Below are positions 1-8,800 of a DNA stretch of 20,000 bases, in pieces; position 1 is the stretch's first letter; each line of letters starts with the position of its first letter. The notes beneath the pieces were generated by a model, which saw only the letters and a list, made by a program, of their open reading frames with translations, was not told the DNA's origin and did no database searches. Location: positions 52,328 to 72,327 of the IMG/VR virus record IMGVR_UViG_3300046697_000351; one strand, given 5' to 3'. A program made the translations under genes and the position numbers. This DNA is from an uncultured virus (IMG/VR IMGVR_UViG_3300046697_000351) (taxonomy: Duplodnaviria > Heunggongvirae > Uroviricota > Caudoviricetes).

Positions 1-1273
1 TGTCTGCGGCGGGGACCACGGAGACGAGGACGGGCGCGTTCAGGGGCGCTGTGACGCTGAATGCCGCTGACGTCGGCCCCGCGAAGTCCTGGTTGAAGGC
101 CTCGACCTTGAAGGTGTATATCTGTCCAGGCACTATGACCACGGAGTAGACGTAGGTCAGCGTCCCCGGGGCAACGACGGCGACCTGGTCGAAGACCGTG
201 GTGCTGCCGACGTCCAGGTACACGCGGACCCCCTTCTCGTCGGACACTGCCGGGTAGTTGGGGTCGGTCCAGACCAAGGTGATCTGGGTCCCTCCTCCGA
301 TGGTCGCGGAGGTGATGACCGGGGCCGCCATAGTCTGCGGCACGACCACGCTCTGGGCTGCGGAGAATGGTCCGACGTCGCCCGTGGACGGCGACACCGC
401 CCTGACCCTGTAGGTGTAGGTCCCCGGGACCATGCCCAGGTACCCGAAGGCGTCGTCGTAGGCCCCGGTTGGGGCTGGCCCAGCGGCCATGGTCATCGAG
501 GACAGGAGCAGGAACGGTCCGGCTCCGACGCTCCTCCAGACTTCGACCTGGTCACCGGCGCCGTAGGTGTTGGGGTCGGTCCAGGCCAGGGCAATGAGCC
601 CGACCTTGATCGCGGGGATGGCCAGCGGCGGGGAGATCGTGAAGTCCGGGGTGTAGATCGGGACCGCCAGGGTCTGCGCCGAGAACGAGGATGGGACGGT
701 GATGGAGGACGGGGCGCTGAGCGTCGTGGTCTGGTACTTGTTCGTGACCTGGACTTCGTAGGAGTAGGTGTGTCCGGGGGGAGGCGCGGAGGCCGCGATG
801 GTCGCCCCCGGCAGTATGGTCACCCCGGGGGTTCCCGCCGTGACCGTGACGGCCCCGGAATCGGTGGCCGCCGCCGTATCCAGAGACATGATCACGGGAG
901 TGGGTGAGGCGAGGACCCCGGCGGGGATCACTGCGTCGGAAAATGCGTAGGAGATTCCCGAGAAAGTGTACCCCTCTTCGGTCCCGGCTCCGGCGGACAC
1001 GGTGTAGAAGTACTGGGTCAGGGACGACTCCACGGCTCCGGTATCGATCCTGTGACCATCGTTGCCGTTATCCGGGTTTCCATCCACGTAGTATTTCAGG
1101 AAGTAGGAGTACCGAGTCAGGTCCGCCCCGGAATTGGGGTCGCTGAGACCCAGGATCAGGGACGTCCCCGAGGCGGAAATCCCGGTGATCGACACCGGTT
1201 GGAGGGGGACGAAGGTATCGACCTCGAACAGCTCGAAGAAGTTGCCGCTGCGTACGGGTCTGATGACGCTCAT
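1..1273 (-). CDS. Fibronectin type III repeat virion protein (baseplate/tail fibre-like), runs off the left edge
   Basis: Not in the ORF track because it has no stop in the window. Manual translation from ATG 1273 (ATGA overlap with the wedge gene stop) is open for 424 codons: MSVIRPVRSGNFFELFEVDTF...LAWTDPNTYGAGDQVEVWRSVG...GTYTYRVRAVSP...ITLVWTDPNYP...GQIYTFKVEAFNQDFAGPTS. The W...Y-x-Y/F-x-V-x-A pattern is Fn3-like. Confidence 0.85.
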   Translation of the reverse strand, partial: MSVIRPVRSGNFFELFEVDTFVPLQPVSITGISASGTSLILGLSDPNSGADLTRYSYFLKYYVDGNPDNGNDGHRIDTGAVESSLTQYFYTVSAGAGTEEGYTFSGISYAFSDAVIPAGVLASPTPVIMSLDTAAATDSGAVTVTAGTPGVTILPGATIAASAPPPGHTYSYEVQVTNKYQTTTLSAPSSITVPSSFSAQTLAVPIYTPDFTISPPLAIPAIKVGLIALAWTDPNTYGAGDQVEVWRSVGAGPFLLLSSMTMAAGPAPTGAYDDAFGYLGMVPGTYTYRVRAVSPSTGDVGPFSAAQSVVVPQTMAAPVITSATIGGGTQITLVWTDPNYPAVSDEKGVRVYLDVGSTTVFDQVAVVAPGTLTYVYSVVIVPGQIYTFKVEAFNQDFAGPTSAAFSVTAPLNAPVLVSVVPAAD

Positions 1274-1899
1274 GGGCCAGGTATCTCCTGCTGGGATATG
1301 AGGGCGATGAACTGGTGCGCGGGCGTGACGAAGGCCAGGGCAGGCGGGACGAAGGTGAGCATCCTTATATCCGCAGTATTGGCGACGCTCACGACCTGGA
1401 CCTGGGTCCCGAACGGGTCGAATCCAAGGCTCCTGAGGAGCACGCCCGGCATCCACTCGGCCAAGGGGTTGTTCCAGGTATTGTTGGGCAGGGGGCTGTT
1501 CAGGATAAAGAACTGGGTCGGGTCCGGGGGCACGCCGGGGCCGATGAACCTGGCCGCGTCATTGAAGTAGTCCCGGATCACGACCGTGGCCGATGGTGCG
1601 TAGGCGTGAACCATGTCGATCAGGCACTGCTTGAACGGGGCCTCCAGGCGGGACTTGATAGTGCCTAGGAGGATGTTCCGGTACTGCTCCGTGGTGAAGC
1701 TGGGATCGAACGCCACCTGTAGGAGCGTGCCCCAGTTCGGTTGCAGGGTGTCGGGCCTGGCCGTGGCGATGTTCCGGTCGGAATTGACGCTGTTGATCTC
1801 GGCGTCCGCCGCGTTCATCTGGTCAGCCTGGAGCCAGATCGTGAGCAGGATGTTCGACGAGGTCAGCGACACCGGTACGAAGTTTATTGGGGTTGGCAT
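1270..1899 (-). CDS. Baseplate wedge subunit (P2 gpI / Mu gp48-like position)
   Basis: 209 aa, downstream of baseplate J. The segment ARPDTLQPNWGTLLQV...TTEQYRNILL resembles the L..WG..L.....E.YR..I motif of wedge proteins, and the C-terminus has the typical VTPAH motif. Confidence 0.65.
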   Translation of the reverse strand: MPTPINFVPVSLTSSNILLTIWLQADQMNAADAEINSVNSDRNIATARPDTLQPNWGTLLQVAFDPSFTTEQYRNILLGTIKSRLEAPFKQCLIDMVHAYAPSATVVIRDYFNDAARFIGPGVPPDPTQFFILNSPLPNNTWNNPLAEWMPGVLLRSLGFDPFGTQVQVVSVANTADIRMLTFVPPALAFVTPAHQFIALISQQEIPGP

Positions 1900-1902
1900 G
1901 TT

Positions 1903-2259
1903 CTAGGGCACGTAGTACTGGGCCCGGATCAGGCTCGGGCCGGGGTTGAGCACGATCGTGGTGGACCAGCCCCCGGTCGCATCCGCGACGATGCTCGTGG
2001 TCGGAGACTGGTTGATGTTGTTGACGAGGACGATGATCGTGGACCCTGGGGTGGCCGTGCCCCTTACCGCTACGGACTCGATCTCCGGGACCGTGAAATC
2101 CGTCGAGGAGTTGTAGACGTAGTATGGGATAAGCTGGGCCATGGCCACGAAGAACTTGTTCGAGGCCTCAGGGAGGACCACGATCATGTCGATGATCGGC
2201 GTCGGCCCCACGGGGACCTCGATGCTTACCTGCGACGGCAGAGACTGGACTATCGGCAT
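1903..2259 (-). CDS. Small Ig-like domain structural protein
   Basis: 118 aa. VRGTATPGSTIIVLVN...VADATGGWSTTIVLNPGPSLIRAQ matches the bacterial Ig-like (Big-type) pattern GTA.PGSTV.V...AD..G.W....L..G. Confidence 0.65.
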   Translation of the reverse strand: MPIVQSLPSQVSIEVPVGPTPIIDMIVVLPEASNKFFVAMAQLIPYYVYNSSTDFTVPEIESVAVRGTATPGSTIIVLVNNINQSPTTSIVADATGGWSTTIVLNPGPSLIRAQYYVP

Positions 2260-2266
2260 AGGTTTC

Positions 2267-3892
2267 TCAGCTCGCGATGTAGATCGTTATATCCCCGGCC
2301 AGCGGATACTGATCCCGGCCCAGGACGATGGTCGAGGCCGTGGCCTGGCCCCTGATCGCCAGCAGCGCCAGGGGCTCGGTATCGTTGACCCCCGCGACGC
2401 TGTCGATCAGATCGAAGCTGGTGCTGTACTTGATTGTGGCCCCGAGCGTCAACCCCCCGATGTACTCGGCGATGTTCGATTGAATCTGGGCCACGGTCGC
2501 GACGGGATCGGCGCCGGGCACGAGCGTGATCGTATCCGTTACGTCGATGAAGACCTCGATCGCGGACCTGGGCAACAAATTCCTGGCCGGGACCGCGTTC
2601 ATGTTCTGGTTCATGAAGAAGTCGAGGGCGTTCTGCAACACGCCGTTGTACTGGTAGGTCACGGTCAGGACGTCGCCACCGCTGACCCCGGAGATCACGA
2701 CCAGAGAATCGGTGGAACTCGTGCTCTCGGAGACGTCGCTGACGTCCTTGGCCAGCAAATACTGGGTCGGGGGCAGGGTCACGGATGTCGTGGTGTCGTA
2801 GACGCTTGTGATCGAGAGCACGGGCTGTAGGCTGAGGACCATCGGGGTTCCGACTAAGGTCGGGACCGTGATGGTGTCGACCTGAGTCAGACCTATGTTT
2901 GCCTCGGCCTGGATGTAGAGGTCGACGTAGCCTCCCGCGCCCTCGGCCCTGGTCAGCAGAGGGTCACCGGCGCCGACGACCAGGGCATCAATTACGTTTG
3001 GAAGCGTCAGGGCCAGGCGCCGGATGCCACGGAAGGTCACGGCGTCATTGGCCAAGAACGTGGCCTGTATCCTGGCCGCGAAGTCGGCGGCGGACTCGGA
3101 GTCGGTTCCGCCCGTGGTCGCGTTCTGGTTATAGACCGTGGACACGCCCGTGATCGTTGACCCCAGGAGCGTGATCGTCCCGGGGCCGACATTGCCCGCC
3201 GCGCCCGCGACCTGGGCCTGGATCGGGATCGTGACGCTGGATTGCCCCGGGTAAATGGTCCCGCTCTCGGTCGTGATGAAACCCAGTGACGTCTGGGCCG
3301 TGGTCGAGAGCGTGGACACCACCTCTCCCAGGGGCACGACGATCGGAATCGTCGTGATCTGAGGCGCACTGAACGTAGCGAACCCGGTGCTGAACGTTGG
3401 CCCGCCAGGGGTCAGATTGAAGTTGGCGCCGTAGTCGGCGAGTTCGGTGCCCTGAAACTCGTCGACGTTGGAGAGGGAGTAGATGTCGGCCACGCGTTGG
3501 ATCGAGGAGTAGAGGTTGGCCAGGCTCGTGCTCGGGAGGTCGCAGAACAGGTTCATGGTCACGGACCCGTCCTGGGTCGAGGCCAGAGGCTGGAGCGCCC
3601 CGAGGTTGGTCTGCATCTCGGTCCTGACCGTGACGAAGTCCTTGAACGACGAGTCCCCCTGGAAGGTGTAGGTCGCGTAGTAGGCAACGCCGGTGGCGGG
3701 CTGCTTGCCCGGCAGCGACCAGTCCACGCCTCCGCTTGTCAGCTGATAGTCGACGCCAAGGGTGAAGTCGGCCTCGGACGCGGAGTACCCGACGTTGACT
3801 AGGGATAGGGCGGTGAAGGCCAGGGCGTCGATCCCCCCGGGATCGCCCTTGAACACCCGCTCTGTTATCTGGTTAATAAGAGGGATTGCCAT
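2267..3892 (-). CDS. Baseplate J-like wedge protein
   Basis: 541 aa. Motifs GTELADYGANFNL, IPIQAQVAGAAGNVGPGTIT, VYNQNATTGGTDSESAADFAARI and GGYVDLYI are characteristic of Baseplate_J / Mu gp47 family proteins. AAGGA SD-like sequence upstream. Confidence 0.9.
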   Translation of the reverse strand: MAIPLINQITERVFKGDPGGIDALAFTALSLVNVGYSASEADFTLGVDYQLTSGGVDWSLPGKQPATGVAYYATYTFQGDSSFKDFVTVRTEMQTNLGALQPLASTQDGSVTMNLFCDLPSTSLANLYSSIQRVADIYSLSNVDEFQGTELADYGANFNLTPGGPTFSTGFATFSAPQITTIPIVVPLGEVVSTLSTTAQTSLGFITTESGTIYPGQSSVTIPIQAQVAGAAGNVGPGTITLLGSTITGVSTVYNQNATTGGTDSESAADFAARIQATFLANDAVTFRGIRRLALTLPNVIDALVVGAGDPLLTRAEGAGGYVDLYIQAEANIGLTQVDTITVPTLVGTPMVLSLQPVLSITSVYDTTTSVTLPPTQYLLAKDVSDVSESTSSTDSLVVISGVSGGDVLTVTYQYNGVLQNALDFFMNQNMNAVPARNLLPRSAIEVFIDVTDTITLVPGADPVATVAQIQSNIAEYIGGLTLGATIKYSTSFDLIDSVAGVNDTEPLALLAIRGQATASTIVLGRDQYPLAGDITIYIAS

Positions 3893-3904
3893 GGTTTTTC
3901 CTTG

Positions 3905-4339
3905 CTATTGGGTTTGCCCTTGACCTGCGAGCTGCTGGGCGAAGACCAGGCGCTCCCCGGCCTGGCTCACGATCGCGATCTGGACCTCGATGCCGGTGTT
4001 CGAGGTCGGGATCACGGCGATGGCGTCGACGTGGTCGATCAGCTCCGAGTAGGTCATGGTCTGGATCGTGGTCTGGGTCGCTTGCAGGGATTGGAGCAGG
4101 GACAAGGCCTGCGAGCAGGTGTTGGCCACGATCCCCTGCACCGTCGAGAAATCCATGGGTTTGCCCATCAGGCCTCTCAGCTTCGTCCCGTACTGGACGT
4201 TCCCGGGGTCGGAGCCGAGTGGGGTCAGCATGATCTTTGACACGTCCTGGGCCAGCTTCGCCGTGTTCTGGACGATCATGGGGTTGCCGTCAGAGCCGAA
4301 GGAGATGTCGCCGTTGAGGAGCTGGAGGTCGTAGCTCAT
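3905..4339 (-). CDS. gp25-like baseplate / sheath initiator protein
   Basis: 144 aa between spike and J. MSYDLQLLNGDI...KLAQDVSKIMLTPLGSDPGNVQYGTKL fits the gp25/GPW pattern L.T..G.....P.YG..L. Confidence 0.85.
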   Translation of the reverse strand: MSYDLQLLNGDISFGSDGNPMIVQNTAKLAQDVSKIMLTPLGSDPGNVQYGTKLRGLMGKPMDFSTVQGIVANTCSQALSLLQSLQATQTTIQTMTYSELIDHVDAIAVIPTSNTGIEVQIAIVSQAGERLVFAQQLAGQGQTQ

Positions 4340-5856
4340 GCGAGTACCGTTATGTTTCCTGTGGTTATTTTTGAAGTCAAGGACGACGGCGCCAGATTCA
4401 CCGCCGCCGCCGCCGCCGCAATCGATCCGGACAGGGCGCCGGGGGGAAGCACAGACGGGGCTTCAGATATGAATAAATTCAGGAACGCGGTTAGGGCCTG
4501 GACGAAGGGCCAAAATTTTGGGTCCGATGCCACATCGGACACCACGGTGTCATTGATTCTGGAAATACCTTGTCCGGTATATCCCATTGACGCAGGTATT
4601 GTTGGGGGGCCTGCCCAGCTGTTCAACACGATCTGGTTCCCGGACAGGTTCAGGGTTCCGGTGGCGGCGGCGATGCTAATGTGGCCTTTGAGTGCTATTA
4701 ACTCGTAGTCCCCGGTCGCGAGCGTGGTGCTGATGTCTCCGGTGATCTCCACCGTGGAGTCCCCGTAGACGTTCCGGAACTCGTTTCCATATAGGATCAT
4801 CTGATCCGGAACCGATCCAGTCGCGGTCCCGATCTGAGTGACTCTCCCGTTGCCCAGGGGATCGCCACTGATAAACACCGTCGCCGACGCGGCCTCGTAT
4901 GAATCGGAATTGTCTATGCTCAGGTACCTGTCGGACATGCTTAGATTCGCGGGCCCGGTCAGCGTCTCATTCAGGCTATACGAATTTAGATTTATGCTGT
5001 TGTCGGCGTTGATCGTTCGGTCCTGGGAGCCCTCGACCAGGGACTGATTCGTGTCGAAGCTCTTGTTCTGAGTCATCTCCGTCACGGCGTTATCGGCCTT
5101 GACCATGTAATTCTGGCACTGGACCGAGAACGTGCCATTTGATTCAAAACTGACGTCCCCGGCGTTGGCGAATGTGACCTCTCCGGTCTTCCCATTTATG
5201 TAGAGCTGGAACAAGCTGGTCTTATCTCCCGCAGACTGATCCATGAGGTTGTCGGCCATGTAGCTGAGTTCAGCCTGGTTGGTCATGTACAGAGTCGATC
5301 CCAAAAGTTGCTTGTTGATCGAGGCCGGGAGCGGCAACTGCGTGACTGGGTCCATCAGGAAAGCCGGAGCATGGCAGTTCGGGCATTGCTCGATCAATGT
5401 CGTGGCGTTGATATTCGCTTCCCAGGCGGTCAACAAGGACGTTACGCCGCAGGTAAGGCACTTGGCGGAATCCCCGCGAACTCGAATATATACCTCTCCC
5501 TCTTGCAGGTCCTCAGGCATACCATAGACCTGCTTGTACATCTGGTAGTATGAGTCCGGGGCCATGGTGTTAAGGGGATAGTAGCCGAGGACCAGGGGCA
5601 TCTGCATCGGTCTGATCCCGACCACGACATGTGTCCCCACCGTGGGAACGGCGAATATCCCTCCGCCGGGGTAGGCCATGGGCATAGGGATCGGGACCGT
5701 GGTCCTCGTGCTGGTCTTATCCAAGATGTTCAGGCTGCACATCATATTCACGGTGTCAACGCTCGTGATCTGGGCGAGCCTCAGGTACTTCACTTCCTCG
5801 ACCGCCTGCCGGTTGCCCTGGTTAAAGAATAGGTCAGATAAATTATTTTTGATCAT
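4336..5856 (-). CDS. Baseplate central spike (gpV/gp5-like): OB-fold, Zn-ribbon insert, beta-helix
   Basis: 506 aa. N-terminal LAQITSVD...GGGIFAVPTVGTHVVVG...LVLGY is the gpV OB-fold pattern. It is followed by repetitive beta-strand sequence, and the gene sits between hub and gp25. Confidence 0.8.
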   Translation of the reverse strand: MIKNNLSDLFFNQGNRQAVEEVKYLRLAQITSVDTVNMMCSLNILDKTSTRTTVPIPMPMAYPGGGIFAVPTVGTHVVVGIRPMQMPLVLGYYPLNTMAPDSYYQMYKQVYGMPEDLQEGEVYIRVRGDSAKCLTCGVTSLLTAWEANINATTLIEQCPNCHAPAFLMDPVTQLPLPASINKQLLGSTLYMTNQAELSYMADNLMDQSAGDKTSLFQLYINGKTGEVTFANAGDVSFESNGTFSVQCQNYMVKADNAVTEMTQNKSFDTNQSLVEGSQDRTINADNSINLNSYSLNETLTGPANLSMSDRYLSIDNSDSYEAASATVFISGDPLGNGRVTQIGTATGSVPDQMILYGNEFRNVYGDSTVEITGDISTTLATGDYELIALKGHISIAAATGTLNLSGNQIVLNSWAGPPTIPASMGYTGQGISRINDTVVSDVASDPKFWPFVQALTAFLNLFISEAPSVLPPGALSGSIAAAAAAVNLAPSSLTSKITTGNITVLA

Positions 5857-5857
5857 A

Positions 5858-8800
5858 TCAGCACTTTGGATCGATGTATGCGATCGCCAGTCCCATTATG
5901 TAATACTGCTGCGTCAGCTGGTTGGACGGGGTCACGGTCAGGCTTAGATTTTTCTGCACGGAGCCTGAGGAGTTGGTCGCGATGATCGTAAAATTAATGG
6001 TGTTGGTCTGCCCGCTCATGACCGTGCTCGTCGTAATTGCTGCACTCGGACCGACTGGGGCGGAGTACGTTGTTGTGGTGGGTACAGACCTCGCCGCTGG
6101 GGCAGAACTTGAGGTCAGGACACCGGATATTTCTCCTGTATATTTATTTATCGATAATCCCTCGGGGAGACCGAGAGCGTTATATGAGGTGGGGTTGTTC
6201 AGAGCCACGATCGCGTACGTGAACGGGACCCCAACTTTTGCAGACGCCGACAGTTGACTGGTTATGACAGGAGCGGGCAACCGGGAGGAACCTGGAGCGG
6301 CAGAAGACGGAGCCGCTCCCAAAAAAGAGCTTAGCATAGAGGTAAAAGATGGTGGCACCGAGGCCGGAGGCGCGGATGGGGTAGATATGCTGACGTGGTT
6401 CCTGTCTATCGCACTGGGCAGGAATGAGTTAGTGTTGATCCAGATCGTGGGGACGCCCTTTATCGTATTCCCCAGAAATTCTGGGAGGTCGGCAATGATT
6501 GCTTGGGCCGCTACGACTTCCAGGGCGTGGCCCAGGCTGTAGGGGGACTGGGCTACATAGATATATGCCGCGATCGGGAATTTGAACGATATTATTGGCG
6601 TAGTGTCGATCCCGGCCTGCTGCAATGGCGCGAGGAAGGCGGAGGCCCCAGTTTTTTGCAGGATGTCCCCGGTTGGGAACGTCTCCCTGAGTACGAACTT
6701 TATCTTTGAACTCCCTAGATAGGCCTTGAATGCCAGTACCTCGGGGTTCGCGATCAGGGCCGCAAGCTCTTGTTCGGCGGAATTTATTTCCTTCCCTATG
6801 AAATTATTCAACTTAGTTAAGTAAGCCGCGACCAGCTCCGGGCCTTTGTTTTTTACATCTTTGAGGAAATTCCATATCTTACCCGGGGCGTTCTCGATGT
6901 CGGTCACGGCATTATTATACGCTGTTACCACCGAAGACCAGGCTTGAGATCGGGCCGCTACGATTCTGGGCTTTGACTGCTTCGGGTTCTTCTTCTTGCT
7001 TTGCTTGTTGCAGAGTGCGGATCGGATCACCGAGGTCGAGAGCACTGCTGAAATCTTGGTTATGAACGTTCTCGTGGCTGAGGCCTTCACCGGTTGACAG
7101 GTGAATCCGAACTGACTTGAGGTACCGGGGTTTAACGCTGCGGGATTTCCCGTCGCGATGAAGTTCAACTTGGCGCTGGCAACGCTCACGAAATTAGTGG
7201 CGTTCACCGCCGCGTTCCCCTGGCCGTAAAAGTTACACATGCTGGTGTACGTTTCGTCCGTCTGTGGTCCGGACGTCCCATATCCCACGCTACCGCTGGG
7301 AAGCGCGTCTGTCCAATGCCGACCATGGGTGAGCCCTAGGGTTGTGGTAAAATCCTTGCCCTGCGTGTAGCTGTGGTTAATGGTTGATATGTAGTAGACG
7401 AGCATCTGCTGCAACGACGTGAGAGTGCTGTTCGGGGTCGTGGTCGAGGGTGCCGTCGACGTAGACGTGGCCGTCGAGACCGTGGAGTTGGCGGGCAAGG
7501 ACACTCCTGGAGCCGAGGTCGCAAACGGGTTTAGGCTCACCGATTGCAGGGCGCCCCCCAGGTTTCCGACAAAGGCTACGGTGTTGCACAGCCTCAGCTC
7601 GGGAGTCCCGTTTATGGTCACGGTCGCCGACTTCAGCTCGGCGTTGCGTCGGTTCAGGAGCGCGCGACAGTAACTGGCGCGGCCCTGATCGACATTATAC
7701 TGGTCACCTTGGTTGGCCTGGCTCGGACCAACCTGCCCAGACGGGGGCGGGGTCGTGCCACTGAAAATTGGCGATGATTTTTTCTGGTACCTGACCGCGT
7801 ACCTCTGGAGGACTGGGGTTGAAGTCTGGACAAAGGACCTGCCCTGGATAATAGGATCGATCGTGCTACCGTTTGCGAAGAAGCTCGGTTGCGTGTCGAG
7901 TTCCATCACGGTTACCACCGCCTTCTCGTCCACGGAGTGAGCTTCGGAAATAATGTCGATGTCCTCGATGTAGTACTGGGGGGCGAACGGGTTCAGATAG
8001 TAGAGCGGCGGATGATAGTTGAGGACCCCCATGTTGTCGGCGTACCACTCGAATTCTTGGACCTCGGCGATCTGGGCGCAGACCTCCCATTTTGTTAGTT
8101 CATCCGTCTCCCACATCCTGAACGCGTCCCGGAGCTGAGTCGCGTACGGTGGCCAGTTATTGGCCAGATCATTGAAGATGTTGACCTTGATGTCCTTAAA
8201 ATCCCAGGCCAAGTTCACGACCTGGTTCCCGATGCTCACGGTTGATGTAGTTGTGCTCTTAGTCGCCGCCGCATTGGTCGCGGTCGATGTCGCGGCGGTG
8301 GACGCGGTTGGAGTCGTCCCGGGGATGGCAAGTACTGGCGCTGGAGTAGTCGCTTGATTGGACAAAGCGGTCGCGGAAGCCGAAGTCGATGTCGCGGTCA
8401 TGACCGTGGCTGGCATGTATCCGGGGCCGCTTTGAACATTGACCGTCGTAGCCACGAACGTGGCGTTGGACATTCCCAGGATGGAGCCCGTCTGACCCTG
8501 GATTACGCTCTGCACCATTTCGCCGCCGGTAAGATTATTGGGCTGGTTCTCGGCGGCGATCAGGCTGCTTCCAAAGACCGTGGTCTGTAGGCCGAGGCTG
8601 TTCAGGGTCGTATCCAACTGGGGGTCGATGTTTATCCTGGCGAGGCGCACCATCCTCCCGACATCCTCGCCATCGACCTTTACGGCCACGGTGCTGCCTG
8701 AGTAGGAAACGCTAGTTTTAGTCACGAATCCGGTGAAAATGGGGTAGTAATCGGTGGGGAAGTTAGCGCTCACAGAGTAGCGCCTCCTGGCCCAAATCTG

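Noticed and set aside
4402..4419. (GCG)6 trinucleotide run in the spike gene
   Set aside because: It encodes a short poly-Ala run. Slippage would keep the frame, and there is no evidence of phase variation.
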